Shown: positions 9,089-22,824, counted from the first letter of the stretch. The stretch: DNA of 64,000 nt from an uncultured Chloroflexia bacterium (GCA_963748625.1 CAVVJT010000010.1:928001-992000); one strand, 5' to 3'. A program made the numbers and translations. The notes: a model not told the origin generated them from the sequence alone.

Positions 9089-9381
9089 TTGAAGGTCGCC
9101 CCTCCACCGGACGACGCCCGATCCCCATGGGAGCGGCGGTCAACCAGGCCGACCGCGGGGGACCGAGAACAGCCGGCGGAGGAACGGCCCGACGGTCGGG
9201 CCCGCAGCTACACGTCACCCCCATCGTGACGGCGGGACCGCCAACCGGACGGACGCTGCTGCCCGCCCGCGCATCCCCGCCTGGCACCCGGGGACGCGCC
9301 ACGCCCGCAGCCGGTCCCATCCGCGCCGCCGGCTACGCGGAGGTCCCGCCAGATCGGCGGGAACGGAGGAGATCAGGACCA

Positions 9382-12516
<3,135 letters not shown>

Positions 12517-12539
12517 TCAACGACTGAACCCTACGGGCT

Positions 12540-12573
12540 GTGAGGCCCCGGACCGAAAGGTTCGGGGCTTCAC
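12540..12573 (+). terminator. Stem-loop terminator after nrdJ
   Basis: GTGAGGCCCCGGACC-GAAA-GGTTCGGGGCTTCAC hairpin about 25 nt after the stop codon. Confidence 0.65.
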
Positions 12574-12735
12574 GATTCGGGAGGGCACCGACGTGAAGCC
12601 GCTGGAAGGGGGCGCGCGATGAGTCCCCGCGATTCCGGCAATGGCAGCCCCGTCTAGTGTCTCGCCGGCTGTGATGCTCAGGGGCCGTGCGGTGGGCCTC
12701 TCACGGTCGCAGTTCAGGAACACCAGCGGTGGGTG

Positions 12736-13056
12736 CTATTGCGGATCGGGTAGGTCCATTTGACCGGGCGACTCCGTTCCCTTCCAGGCAAACGCGGCCA
12801 GAGCCTCGAGCACCTCAACCCGGTGAATCTCGTCTCTCATCTCAAGTTCAATCCCGACTCCATTGTCCTTGACTATTGGAGAGCCGGGAAGCCCGCTCAA
12901 GGAGCGCGCGACGTATCGGCGGACGCGTTTCCTGGCCGTGTTGACATCCGGCCGGCTCCGCCACTTGTCGAAGATTCCGAGTGTGGCGGAGGAGAGGAGT
13001 TCGTCAAACGTAATCGCAACGTGAACGTCCTCTGCAGCTGCGATCGAGCCGATCAA
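12736..13056 (-). CDS. Possible hypothetical protein or gene fragment with atypical (more A/T-rich) composition
   Basis: 106-aa ORF with a TTG start. Codon usage differs visibly from neighbouring genes; no recognisable motif. Confidence 0.35.
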   Translation of the reverse strand: MIGSIAAAEDVHVAITFDELLSSATLGIFDKWRSRPDVNTARKRVRRYVARSLSGLPGSPIVKDNGVGIELEMRDEIHRVEVLEALAAFAWKGTESPGQMDLPDPQ

Positions 13057-13063
13057 GGCAGAG

Positions 13064-13604
13064 ATGAGCCGGTCGCGGAAGACCGCCTCGCAAAACGCGG
13101 CTTCGCTGGTGGAAGCAGGGCGCGGAGGCCGAGCGGGCGGTGGGCGCGAGACTCGACAGCCTTGAGCGGCTGGGCTTCGTCACGCTCTACGACCGCCGTC
13201 TCGTAGGTCGGGGCGGGAATATCGATGCCATCACCATCGGGCCATCGGGCGTGTACGTGGTCGAGACGAAGCACCGAAGACGGGGCGTAGAGGTCATCCA
13301 GGGTCGGCTCGAGGTCGGAGGCATCGAGCAGGCCGACGTCGTCCGCCAGGTCACCGAACAGGCGATGCTCGTGCAGGTCTCGGCCGCGGATGCAATGAAC
13401 CGCCACCGGTTGACCGTCGTCCCGATCATCTGCATCGGCAACAGGAAGGTCGACGGCGACGCGCGAGCCGGCGGCGTGCGCGTGCTCGACGCGACATCGA
13501 TCGCGAAGGTTCTGTCCGAGGCGCCGGTCGTCCTCAGTCCCGCCGACGTGCAGGAACTGGCCCGCCTCCTGGACGCCGCGCTCCCTCCCTACCAGCGGCG
13601 CTGA
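13064..13604 (+). CDS. NERD domain nuclease-related protein; probable +1 frameshift near 13105 (otherwise start at 13140)
   Basis: WKQGAEAERAVGARLD..YDRR..NIDAITIGPSGVYVVETKH NERD signature. The frame is open back to 13068, and ATG 13064 is one base off. Confidence 0.75.
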
Positions 13605-13622
13605 GCGACTGAGGTTCCAGTC

Positions 13623-14294
13623 CTAGAGTCGCCAGTCGATCGGATCCCCTCCGACCCGCTTCAGGCCATCGTTGGCGCCCGTGAACGGCCTCGCCGTGCT
13701 GAACCCTCTCCGTGCCGCGAGCGGAGAGGGGTGGGAGGTATGAAGCACGACATTCGGCTTGCCTACCGAACCCGCCACGCTCTGGGCGTGCTTGCCCCAG
13801 AGCAGGAAGGCGATCGGACGACCCATGCTCGCGACCGTGGCGACGATCTGACCGGTGATCGAGTGCCAGCCGGTTCCCGCGTGGCTGCCCGCTACCCCGC
13901 CGCGAACAGTGAGCGAGGAGTTGAGGAGGAGGACCCCGTGGCGTGCCCACGCTTCGAGGCATCCGCTCGTGGGGATCGGATTGCCCGTGTCCTGGGACCA
14001 CACCTTGAGGATGTTCCGGAGTGTCGGTGGCTTGGCGACGCCGTCGGGCACCGAGAAGGCAAGGCCGTGCGCCTGGCCCGGATGGTGATACGGGTCCTGA
14101 CCGAGGATCACGGCACGCACGACGTCGGGCGGCGTCATCTCCAGGGCGGCGAAGACCAGTCCCCGAGGCGGATGGACATCGACGCCGGCCCCACGTTGCT
14201 CCTCCACCGCCTCGAGCACGCACGCGACCTGACGCTCCAGATCCGGTGTGCCAATGGCGTCCAACCACGCCTTGGGAAATCGGTCCGCATCCAT
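13623..14294 (-). CDS. ung: Family 1 uracil-DNA glycosylase
   Basis: GQDPYH, QAHGLAFSV, GVLLLN, FLLWG, HPSPLA, IDW. TAGGGT 6 nt before ATG. Confidence 0.96.
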   Translation of the reverse strand: MDADRFPKAWLDAIGTPDLERQVACVLEAVEEQRGAGVDVHPPRGLVFAALEMTPPDVVRAVILGQDPYHHPGQAHGLAFSVPDGVAKPPTLRNILKVWSQDTGNPIPTSGCLEAWARHGVLLLNSSLTVRGGVAGSHAGTGWHSITGQIVATVASMGRPIAFLLWGKHAQSVAGSVGKPNVVLHTSHPSPLAARRGFSTARPFTGANDGLKRVGGDPIDWRL

Positions 14295-14370
14295 CGCCGA
14301 ACCCTAGAACTGGTCTCGAGCAGACGTCAATTGGGACTCTGGCCTCAACGGCGCTGCTACGCACCGGTAC

Positions 14371-14414
14371 GGGCCGAAAGGCCCTCATCCGCAAGGAGGG
14401 CCGTCGACTAGGAT
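14371..14414 (+). promoter_or_regulatory. DosR/OsdR-like palindrome plus -10 element upstream of the secreted FN3 protein
   Basis: GGGCCGAAAGGCCC (14371-14384) centred ~43 nt upstream of the start site inferred from TAGGAT (14409-14414). Confidence 0.4.
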
Positions 14415-14463
14415 CGCGCGATGAGCCGGCACGCGTGGATGCCGGCGTCTCCTCGGGGGGGCT

Positions 14464-16143
14464 ATGTTCCAGGCGCGCTTGATCGTTCGGGCATCCTTGC
14501 TGGCCATCACCATGCTCATGGTCGTGGCCGCCAGCGCCATGGCGTTCGATGACGTGACCCCGCCGACGGGCGGCATGTCCGCATCGACCGCGCGGGTCCG
14601 CGAGGCGGTGCTCGATCTCACGCTGACGTTCGCGGACCCGGAGTCCGGGATCGACCACGTCGATGTGCACTGCGACAGCCTGCCCGACGTGAGCTATCCG
14701 TTCGCGAGCGTGCTCCACATCCCCTACTTCGACCCGTCGATGGGCGGCTGTGAGGGTGAGGGCTGGCACTGGATCACCGCGACCGCCTACAACGGAGTGG
14801 GCATGTCCACCACGGCCAGCGTCGAGAAGTACCTTGGCTACGCCGTGGACCTGGTCGTCTCGGGGGATCCCACGACGGGCGCGCCGATCACGTTCACGCC
14901 GGTGTTCACCGGGCCCTCCGAGATCCTGTCGACCGCCTCCTGCGAGTGGGAGGTCCGCTGGGGCAACAACGCGGCGATCCTCGAGAACGACTTCAACGCC
15001 ACCTTCGGGTCCATCTATGTCGCTGGGAAGGGGTCGAAGGGGTTCTGCGGCCCCTGGACGTTCACGCTTCCGTACGCCCCGGTGCCGCACTTCCAGGTGA
15101 GCCTGAAGGCCGAGACGCCGGAGGAGAACATCTACGGCGACAAGATCGGCTTCAAGAAGGACGGCAGCGACATCATCCGGGCGGCCGTCGGCACGACCGA
15201 GCGCCGGATCACCTCCTCGAACCTGCCGGTGATGATGGTCCTGCCGGACGCCTACACTGCGACCGTGGGCGAGCCGATCACGTATCGCCTGTACCCGGCG
15301 GGTGGAGCGGCCTACGACAACAACGACGGCTGGATCGCCGCGTACGAGTCCGGCGAGCACCTGTTCCTCAAGGAAGGCGGGCGCTCGTTCACGTTCACCC
15401 CGGATCGGGTCGGCAACTGGTCGGTGTGGTGGAACGCACAAGGCAACGAGCCGTACCAGCTTGGTGCAGGCTACGACCCGCCGGCCAGGCGGGCGGACCG
15501 CACCAGGCCCACGACGACCACTCCGGTGATGCGGATCGACAGCGGGACCGTTGGCCCGACGGTGCCGGGATTGGTCACCTGGCATGGCAAGGACATCGGC
15601 TGGGGCATCGACCGCTACAAGCTTCAGCGAAGCGTGGACGGCGGCGCCTGGGGCGGCACCCGGTTGCACAAGGGCACCTCATCGGCCTTCGCGCTCACGC
15701 CGGGGCACACGTACCGGTTCCGGGTTCGCGCCATCGACAAGGCCGGCAATGCCGGGTCCTGGGACGCGGGGCCCAAGGTGCGGGTCCGCGCGCTCCAAGA
15801 GACGTCGACCTCGCTGGCCTGGCGGGGCGAGTGGACCAACCTCCCGGACCCAGAGTCGTGGGCCGGCCGCTCCCGCCAGGCGACGGCAGCAGGCGCCTCC
15901 CTCGGCTACACATTCACGGGGCGTGGCATCGCCTGGGTCGCCGGCCGGGCCGCCGCCTACGGCACCGCCAAGGTCTACCTCGACGGGACGCTCATGGCCA
16001 CCGTCAACCTCGAGCTGTCAGCGCCCGAGCACCGCCGGATCGTGTGGCGGCGGAGCTGGGCTGGGGCGGCCTCCCACCGGGTGAGGATCGTGACCACCGG
16101 CACCGGCCCGGTCGACGTGGATGGGTTCGTCGTCCTCCGCTAG
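14464..16143 (+). CDS. Secreted beta-sandwich protein with a fibronectin type III-like repeat
   Basis: Signal peptide (ASAMA), D.TPP and DPESGID motifs, YRFRVRAIDKAGN FN3 signature, C-terminal AKVYLDG..VDVDGFVV module. Confidence 0.8.
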   Translation: MFQARLIVRASLLAITMLMVVAASAMAFDDVTPPTGGMSASTARVREAVLDLTLTFADPESGIDHVDVHCDSLPDVSYPFASVLHIPYFDPSMGGCEGEGWHWITATAYNGVGMSTTASVEKYLGYAVDLVVSGDPTTGAPITFTPVFTGPSEILSTASCEWEVRWGNNAAILENDFNATFGSIYVAGKGSKGFCGPWTFTLPYAPVPHFQVSLKAETPEENIYGDKIGFKKDGSDIIRAAVGTTERRITSSNLPVMMVLPDAYTATVGEPITYRLYPAGGAAYDNNDGWIAAYESGEHLFLKEGGRSFTFTPDRVGNWSVWWNAQGNEPYQLGAGYDPPARRADRTRPTTTTPVMRIDSGTVGPTVPGLVTWHGKDIGWGIDRYKLQRSVDGGAWGGTRLHKGTSSAFALTPGHTYRFRVRAIDKAGNAGSWDAGPKVRVRALQETSTSLAWRGEWTNLPDPESWAGRSRQATAAGASLGYTFTGRGIAWVAGRAAAYGTAKVYLDGTLMATVNLELSAPEHRRIVWRRSWAGAASHRVRIVTTGTGPVDVDGFVVLR

Positions 16144-16166
16144 GGAAGGCGTGACACGAAGGCGAT

Positions 16167-16682
16167 TCAGGGGCTCGCCGCGGCTCGTCGGAGCTCAGCC
16201 AGATGGCGCCCGTGACGCACCCAGTCCGGTGGTTCCATGTCCGTCCCGTACGGCGCCAGGGCTTCGTGCATGCCGCGCGCAGGCGGTACCGCTGACCGCG
16301 GGCCGGCTGCGCGCGCAAGGCTGGCATCGAGGGTGAGCAGGGATGCGTCCTCGGACTCGGCAAGCGCGAGGTAGGCGGCGTCGTAGGCCGTCAAGCCATG
16401 GCGTGCCATGAGATCGAGGCCGAGGAGTTGCAGCGGCCGATCCACGGCGACGGTCTCGACGCCGATGTCGTCCAGCTCCCGCAGTGCGACAACGACCTGG
16501 TCCGTTGTCATCCCGTAGCGGCGCACGAGCACGTTGACGACCTCGAGCCAGAAGTGCCCCGGGACGAGGATCCGACTGGCGACAGCGTCGACCACAAGCG
16601 CGCGGGCTGCCTCGGTAGCCGCCTCCCGCAGCACGATGCCGAGCATCGCTGATGCATCAACCACGAGCGCCCTACCCGTCAC
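16167..16682 (-). CDS. vapC: VapC-family PIN domain toxin
   Basis: LVVDASA, LEVVNVL, LTAYDAAYLALA, LLTLD. GTG start overlaps the antitoxin stop. Confidence 0.88.
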   Translation of the reverse strand: MTGRALVVDASAMLGIVLREAATEAARALVVDAVASRILVPGHFWLEVVNVLVRRYGMTTDQVVVALRELDDIGVETVAVDRPLQLLGLDLMARHGLTAYDAAYLALAESEDASLLTLDASLARAAGPRSAVPPARGMHEALAPYGTDMEPPDWVRHGRHLAELRRAAASP

Positions 16683-16956
16683 GATCGCGCTCCTCGCGGA
16701 TGGCATCGGCGGCTGACGGCAGGGTGGCACTCCGAGCACGGACGACATCGCCCAAGGCTTGAAGCCGGTCCAGCGCAGCGATGGCGCGGTCCCGCCGCTG
16801 CTCGGGCGAATCCTCGAGCCGCCGCCCGTCCTCGACCGACACGAGCATGGCAATAGGCCGGTGATCGCGCTCGATCAGGAATCGTTGTCCGGCTGACGTC
16901 TCATCGAGGATCGAGCCCAGCGATCGGCGGAGATCCAGGGGGCTGATGGTTCTCAT
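16672..16956 (-). CDS. Phd/YefM-family antitoxin
   Basis: MRTISPLDLRRSLGSILDE..GQRFLIERDHRPIAMLV pattern, directly upstream of and overlapping the PIN gene. Confidence 0.85.
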   Translation of the reverse strand: MRTISPLDLRRSLGSILDETSAGQRFLIERDHRPIAMLVSVEDGRRLEDSPEQRRDRAIAALDRLQALGDVVRARSATLPSAADAIREERDRDG

Positions 16957-17204
16957 AGTTCGCCATGATAGGCCGCTATGTGACAAGACCGCAAGACGCC
17001 CGGCACTCGGCGGGTGGCCGACCATGTCCGTGAGGCCTCGCAGGATGGCCCCCGGGGCGAGGGTGTTATCCCTGCTGCTGCCCACCCGTTCGCCGGGCTC
17101 GGGGCCACCCCGCACCGGGTCTATCATCGACCTGCCGCGCCCGTGCCGGGGCAGCGTCCATCTACCGCGGCACCATCTGCTGATGAGGCAGGGAGCGCGC
17201 CGCT

Positions 17205-17609
17205 GTGAAGATCGACGAGATCGAGGGCATCGGGCCCGTCTACGCCGCCAAACTCGGGGAGGCCGGCGTCATCACCACCGATGACCTGCTGGCGAAGGGA
17301 GCATCAGCGGCCGGACGCAAGGCGCTCGCCGAGGCGGCCGACCTGACCACGGGCCAGCTGCTCAAGTGGGTCAACCACGTGGACCTGATGCGCCTCGACG
17401 GCGTGGGCTCGGAGTACGCGGACCTGCTCGAGGCGGCCGGGGTGGACTCCTGCACGGAGCTGGCCCAGCGCAATCCGGCGAACCTGGCGCAGACGTTCGC
17501 GGAGATCGACGCGGCCCGACCGAACTGGGTCCGCCGGGTGCCCGGCGAAGCGACGGTCATCGGCTGGGTGCAGCAGGCGAAGTCGATCGAGAAGGTCGTC
17601 ACGCACTGA
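17205..17609 (+). CDS. DUF4332-type helix-hairpin-helix protein
   Basis: IEGIGPVYAAKL, LLKWVNHVDLMRLDGVGSEYADLLEAAGVD, ELAQRNP. Confidence 0.85.
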   Translation: MKIDEIEGIGPVYAAKLGEAGVITTDDLLAKGASAAGRKALAEAADLTTGQLLKWVNHVDLMRLDGVGSEYADLLEAAGVDSCTELAQRNPANLAQTFAEIDAARPNWVRRVPGEATVIGWVQQAKSIEKVVTH

Positions 17610-17759
17610 CGACGGCGCAACCCTCCGCACGCCGGGGGCCGATCCCATCCACGCATAGGGAGGACGTCCGGGCGGCGCGATCGGACGGCGACAGGGAGCG
17701 GGGGCCGGCCCGCGCACCTGACTGCGACGAGGAGCGGCCCCGGCCGCGCTCCCCGTGCG

Positions 17760-18839
17760 TCAGCAGATCCTGGGCAGCTGCTCCCCCACCAGCATGTCCA
17801 CGATCCGCTCGGAGCCCACGATCGTCCGGATCGTGACCATCCCCGGGTGATCCGCCACCACCACGCCGATCGCCACCGCCTCGGCTCCCTCTGGCACGGC
17901 CCGCATCGCGTCGAGCACGGCCGATGCCGATGACGCCGGCACGATCGCCACCAGCTTGCCCTCGTTGGCCACGTGGAGCGGGTCCAGGCCCAGGAACTCG
18001 CACGCCGCGCGCACCGGACCCGGGATGGGCATGACGTCCTCCTCGAGCACCATGCCCACGCCGGAGGCCGCCGCGATCTCATTGAGCGCTGACGACAGCC
18101 CGCCCCGGGTGGGGTCGCGCAGGACGTGGACGTCCGGCTCCACCGCCAGGATCGCCGCGACGAGCCCGTTGAGGGCCTGGGTGTCGGACGCGATCTCCAC
18201 CTCGAACTCGAGGCCTTCGCGGACCGACATGATCGCCACCCCGTGGAGCCCGATCGGCCCCGACAGGATCACGACGTCACCGGGGGCAGCCCGGTCGGCG
18301 GACGGCGCGACACCATCGGGCACCAGGCCGATGCCGGCGGTGTTCACGAACAGCTTGTCGGCCGCCCCGCGACCCACGACCTTCGTGTCGCCGGTGACGA
18401 TCCTCGCGCCGGCCCTGGCCGCTGCCGACGCCGCGGACGCGGTGATCAGCCGCAGCTCCTCGAGCGTCAGCCCCTCCTCGATGATGTAGGCGAGGCTGAT
18501 GGCCACCGGCTGCGCGCCCATCATCGCGAGGTCGTTGAGCGTGCCGTTCACGGCCAGCTCGCCGATGTCGCCGCCGGGAAAGACGATCGGCGACACCACG
18601 AAGGAGTCCGTGGTGAACGCGAGCCGCGCGCCCGCCACCTCCACGATGGCCGCATCGTTGAGCACGCCGCCCGGGGCCGCCACCGCGAGCGACGGGGCGA
18701 GCACGTCACGCATCAGCGCGTTCGAGAGCTGGCCGCCCGAGCCGTGGCCCAGGATCACCCGCTGGTCCTCGGGGATGGGCGCCGGGCAGTAGGCGCCCGT
18801 GGCATCGATGGTGACGCGATCGGCGTCGGGGATGGTCAT
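17760..18839 (-). CDS. hypE: Hydrogenase maturation carbamoyl dehydratase HypE
   Basis: [33 protein letters not shown]-terminal LPRIC. Confidence 0.96.
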   Translation of the reverse strand: MTIPDADRVTIDATGAYCPAPIPEDQRVILGHGSGGQLSNALMRDVLAPSLAVAAPGGVLNDAAIVEVAGARLAFTTDSFVVSPIVFPGGDIGELAVNGTLNDLAMMGAQPVAISLAYIIEEGLTLEELRLITASAASAAARAGARIVTGDTKVVGRGAADKLFVNTAGIGLVPDGVAPSADRAAPGDVVILSGPIGLHGVAIMSVREGLEFEVEIASDTQALNGLVAAILAVEPDVHVLRDPTRGGLSSALNEIAAASGVGMVLEEDVMPIPGPVRAACEFLGLDPLHVANEGKLVAIVPASSASAVLDAMRAVPEGAEAVAIGVVVADHPGMVTIRTIVGSERIVDMLVGEQLPRIC

Positions 18840-20011
18840 CGCGAGGCCTCCGGAGTGCCCAGGCTGCCCTGGCCGGGCGCCACGCTGAGCAGCTGGATGG
18901 GCGCTGAGAACGTGCCGCCGGCACCCAGCCCGCGACCGGCGCCGAAGAACGCCGCGCACGTGCCTTCGGACGACACCATCGGCGCGCCGAGGGGCTTCTG
19001 CGGGCTGCACAGCGTCGCGTACGCCGTGCAGTCGAGCGGCGTCTTCTCGCCGGTGAGGATCGCTCCCGCGATGCAGGCGGGATGCTCGTTGGTCACGATG
19101 TCGTCCACGTCGAACCGGGCCTCGGCGTCGAAGCGCGCGAACTCCGGGCGGAGGCGGTAGCCCGACATCGGGATCTCCCCGATCCCGCGCCACTTGCGCG
19201 GGCCCACCTCGAACACGGCCATCACCTGCTGCTGGGCGAGCGGGACGCCCTCGCGGGTCACGGCCCGGGTGTACTGGTTCTCGACCTCGTGGCGGCCTTC
19301 CTCGAGCTGGCGGATCGCCATGTGGATGCCCTCGAGGAGGTCGAGCGGCTCGAAGCCGGTGACGACGATGGGCACGCGGTACTTGGCAGCGATCGGCTCG
19401 TACTCGGTCCAGCCCATGATCGCGCAGACGTGGCCGGCGGCCAGGAATGCCTGGACCTGGTTGGCGGGCGAGTCCAGCAGCGCCGTCATCGCGGGCGGGA
19501 CCAGCACATGCGACACCAGGACGCTGAAGTTGTCGATGCCGCGCCGGGCGGCCTCGGCCACGGCCATGGCGTTGGCGGGCGCCGTGGTCTCGAACCCGAC
19601 GGCGAAGAAGACGACCTGCTTGGCGGGATTGGCGAGCGCGATCTTGAGCGCGTCGAGCGGGCTGTACACGATCCGCACGTCCGCGCCGCGGGCCTTGAGG
19701 GCGAGCAGGTCCGTCGACGAGCCGGGCACGCGGAGCATGTCCCCGTACGAGGTGAAGATGACGTCGGGGCGGGCAGCGATCGCAAGCGCCTTGTCCACCT
19801 GCTCGAGCGGCGTCACGCAGACCGGGCAGCCGGGACCGTGGATCATCCGGACGCCCTCGGGCAGGGCCTCGTCGATCCCCTGCTTGACGATCGTGTGCGT
19901 CTGGCCGCCGCAGACCTCCATGAGGGTCCACGGCCGGGTGGTGATCCGGTGGATCTCGGCCAGGATCTTCTTGGCGAGTACGGGGTCGCGGTACTCGTCG
20001 AGGTATTTCAC
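18836..20011 (-). CDS. hypD: Hydrogenase formation protein HypD
   Basis: [35 protein letters not shown]. Confidence 0.97.
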   Translation of the reverse strand: MKYLDEYRDPVLAKKILAEIHRITTRPWTLMEVCGGQTHTIVKQGIDEALPEGVRMIHGPGCPVCVTPLEQVDKALAIAARPDVIFTSYGDMLRVPGSSTDLLALKARGADVRIVYSPLDALKIALANPAKQVVFFAVGFETTAPANAMAVAEAARRGIDNFSVLVSHVLVPPAMTALLDSPANQVQAFLAAGHVCAIMGWTEYEPIAAKYRVPIVVTGFEPLDLLEGIHMAIRQLEEGRHEVENQYTRAVTREGVPLAQQQVMAVFEVGPRKWRGIGEIPMSGYRLRPEFARFDAEARFDVDDIVTNEHPACIAGAILTGEKTPLDCTAYATLCSPQKPLGAPMVSSEGTCAAFFGAGRGLGAGGTFSAPIQLLSVAPGQGSLGTPEASR

Positions 20012-20355
20012 TGGATTGGGCCCATGGTCGACGGCGGCACTGCCGGATTGAAGGTCAGCGCACCGGGTGCGTCATCAGACACGACCGCGAGCCCGTCCAT
20101 ACCCTCGCCCATCGTCATCAGCTCGGGCTCCATGACCCCCATCTCCTCGAGGATCTCGAGGGTCTTGAGGGCCTCGGCCTCGTCGACCTGGCTGATCGCG
20201 AAGCCCACGTGGACGATGACGTAGTCGCCGAGCTTGATGTCCGGCAGGTAGGCGAGGCACGCGTCCTTGCGCACGCCGCCGAAATCCACCTTGCCCATCG
20301 CGAGGCCCGCTTCGTCGCGGATCTCGGTGACCCGTCCCGGGATGCCAAGACACAT
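20008..20355 (-). CDS. hypC: Hydrogenase assembly chaperone HypC
   Basis: MCLGIPG N-terminus and VIVHVGFAI. Confidence 0.96.
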   Translation of the reverse strand: MCLGIPGRVTEIRDEAGLAMGKVDFGGVRKDACLAYLPDIKLGDYVIVHVGFAISQVDEAEALKTLEILEEMGVMEPELMTMGEGMDGLAVVSDDAPGALTFNPAVPPSTMGPIQ

Positions 20356-20359
20356 GCCC

Positions 20360-22789
20360 TCAGACCTCCTGCCCGAGCGTGGGGACGCCCGCTGTCAGTG
20401 CGCCTGCCGCGGCCAGCCGTGCTGCGCCGATTGCGGCCTGCCCGTAACTCACTCCCCCGTCGTTGACGGGGACCTGCCGGTTGATGAACGGATCGAACCC
20501 CTCGTCCGCCAGCCTGCGGAGCAGGTCGGACGCGAGACGCCGGTTCTGGAAGACGCCACCTGAAAGGCACACGATACGCACCCCGGTGCGCTCGCGTGCG
20601 TCAGCCAGGAGCGCGCTCGTGACATCCACGATCGTTGCCTGGAAGGCGGCCGCGAGCGCGCCGGTCGCCCGTCCTGCCCGGTTGCCGTCGAGAAGCGCCT
20701 CCAGCGTGGGCCTCGGGTCGTAGACGGCCAGCCCGTCGACCTGGCCCACGCGCCACGGGAGTGGGGCCTCGCGGCGATCACCGGCGGCCAGCTCCAGCTC
20801 GATCGCGGCCTGCGCCTCGTACTCGGCGGTGGCGCGGATGCCCAGCAGCGCCGACGCGGCATCGAAGAGACGGCCCGCCGACGATGCGACCGGTGCGTTC
20901 AGGCCGCGCTCGACCTGCGTGCGGATCAGCCGGACCTCGACCGGGTCGACCTTCGCGAGGAAGCGGCCAGCGTGTCCATCAGGGGAGGCGTCAAGCGGGT
21001 CGGCGCCGGGCAGGTTCTCCGCACCCAGCAGGTACCCGAGCGCCATCCGGTAGGGCTTCCTCACCGCGAGTGCCCCACCCGGCATCGGCGCGCGCCCGAA
21101 GCGCGCGAGGCGCGTGTACGTGCGCAGGTCCGCGAGGAGGATCTCGCCGCCCCAGAAGGTGCCGTCGTCGCCCATGCCCAGGCCGTCATACGCGACGCCC
21201 AGGAACGGCTCCGTGATCCTCCACTCCGCGGCGCACGAGGCGACATGCGCGTGGTGGTGCTGGACGGCGATCCGGCGGTCGGCCGGGAACGTGCCCACCG
21301 CGTACTTCGTGGAGAGGTACTCCGGATGCAGGTCGTGGACGACCACCTCCGGCTCCAGGGCCAGCAGGCGCGAGAGGTGCGCAAGCCCGTCGGTGAAGGC
21401 GCGGTGTGTGGCGAGGTCCTCGAGATCGCCGTTGTGCGGGGCGACATGCGCTCGGGACCCACGAGCCAAGGTGAAGGTGTGCTTGAGCTCGGCGCCCACC
21501 GCGAGCAACGGCACCGGCGCAGGCACCGGCAGCGGCATGGCTTCCGGGGCGTACCCGCGAGCCCGCCGGACCACAGATTCCCGCCGGGCGACCACCCGCG
21601 TCACGGAGTCGTCGTAGCGGGCCCGGATCTCGCGGTCGTGGGCGAGGAACCCTTCGGCGAGACCGGACAGCCGGGCGAGCGCGTCGTCGTCGTCGGTCGC
21701 CAGGGGCTCGTCGGTCAGGTTCCCGGACGTGAGCACGATCGGACGGCCGACAGCCTCGAGCAGCAGGTGGTGCAGCGGCGTGTACGGCAGGAACACGCCC
21801 AGGCGGCGGTTGCCGTTCGCGACGGATTGCGCGAGTGGCGGCGTGCCGTCGCGGCGGGCTTCCAGGAGGACGATGGGCCGGGCGGGAGCCCCCAGGAGGT
21901 CGCGCTCCAGGGCGCCGACGCGACACAGCGCACGCGCGGCGGCGAGGTCCCGGACCATCACCGCGAACGGCTTGGCCCATCGGCGCTTGCGATCCCGCAG
22001 CCGGCGGACGGCCGCATCGTCGGTGGCATCGCAGGCGAGGTGGTAGCCGCCGAGACCCTTGATCGCGACCACCCGCCCGTCGAGTAGCGCGGCGACGGCC
22101 GCCGTGAGCGCGTCCTCATCGCTGGCGACGGGGGCGGGCGCTCCAGTGGGGCGCCAGGAGAGCCGGGGGCCGCACGTCGGACAGGCCACGGGCTCAGCGT
22201 GGAAGCGGCGATCGGCCGGATCCCGGTACTCGGCCGCGCAGGCGTCGCAGAGGGGGAAGGCGCGCATCGTCGTCTGCGCCCGGTCGTAGGGCAGTTCCTC
22301 GATGATCGTCGCCCGCGGGCCGCAGTTCGTGCAGTTGGTGAACGGATAGCGGTACCGCCGGTCGGCCGGGTCGAAGAGCTCCGCGAGGCAGTCGTCGCAG
22401 GTGGCGATGTCCGGCGGAAACAGGCGATCAGTGGACGCCGCGACCACCGACTCGTCGATCTCGAACGGCCGCGGCAGGGCCGCCGCTGTCGCAGCCGGCA
22501 GCGGGCCGGCTGTCACGCGCTCCACCCGCGCACGAGGCGGGGCGTCGCTCTTGAGCCTGCGGGCGAGCTCGTCGAGCGTCGCGGGGTCGCCTGCCGCCTC
22601 GATCTCCACGCGCCCGGCAGCGTTGCGGACCCGACCGGCGAGACCCAGCTCCGTCGCCAGGCGCCACACGAACGGCCGGAAGCCCACGCCCTGGACGACG
22701 CCTTCGACCAGCAGGGAGCGGCCGCTCATCGGGGACGCGGGATCGCCGGCGGCCGGGACGCGGCCGTCCGACTGGACGGGTGCAGCCAT
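20360..22789 (-). CDS. hypF: Carbamoyltransferase HypF
   Basis: GVVQGVGFRP, zinc fingers (NCTNCGPR, CPTCGP), KGLGG, QHHHAH, SSAGRLFD, NDGG. GACGCT 6 nt before ATG 22789. Confidence 0.97.
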   Translation of the reverse strand: MAAPVQSDGRVPAAGDPASPMSGRSLLVEGVVQGVGFRPFVWRLATELGLAGRVRNAAGRVEIEAAGDPATLDELARRLKSDAPPRARVERVTAGPLPAATAAALPRPFEIDESVVAASTDRLFPPDIATCDDCLAELFDPADRRYRYPFTNCTNCGPRATIIEELPYDRAQTTMRAFPLCDACAAEYRDPADRRFHAEPVACPTCGPRLSWRPTGAPAPVASDEDALTAAVAALLDGRVVAIKGLGGYHLACDATDDAAVRRLRDRKRRWAKPFAVMVRDLAAARALCRVGALERDLLGAPARPIVLLEARRDGTPPLAQSVANGNRRLGVFLPYTPLHHLLLEAVGRPIVLTSGNLTDEPLATDDDDALARLSGLAEGFLAHDREIRARYDDSVTRVVARRESVVRRARGYAPEAMPLPVPAPVPLLAVGAELKHTFTLARGSRAHVAPHNGDLEDLATHRAFTDGLAHLSRLLALEPEVVVHDLHPEYLSTKYAVGTFPADRRIAVQHHHAHVASCAAEWRITEPFLGVAYDGLGMGDDGTFWGGEILLADLRTYTRLARFGRAPMPGGALAVRKPYRMALGYLLGAENLPGADPLDASPDGHAGRFLAKVDPVEVRLIRTQVERGLNAPVASSAGRLFDAASALLGIRATAEYEAQAAIELELAAGDRREAPLPWRVGQVDGLAVYDPRPTLEALLDGNRAGRATGALAAAFQATIVDVTSALLADARERTGVRIVCLSGGVFQNRRLASDLLRRLADEGFDPFINRQVPVNDGGVSYGQAAIGAARLAAAGALTAGVPTLGQEV

Positions 22790-22824
22790 GTGCACAGCGT
22801 CGCGCGCCGGTCAACGCGGGGCGC

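Noticed and set aside
9095-9381. Cobalamin riboswitch upstream of nrdJ (also sought at 59450-59684)
   Set aside because: I could not find the B12-box or the GGGAA...GCCACTG consensus; the region is kept only as an unknown structured leader.
14365-14400. Hammerhead-like core on the minus strand (CGGATGAG-GGCC-TTTC-GGCC-CGTA) or a c-di-GMP riboswitch on the plus strand
   Set aside because: The invariant CUGAUGA and GAAA, and the GEMM GCAAA motifs, are not matched; a DNA palindrome explains the sequence more simply.
17760-22789. Orphan hyp operon as evidence for a non-hydrogenase role
   Set aside because: hypAB and the structural genes are commonly elsewhere in the genome; absence from this window is uninformative.
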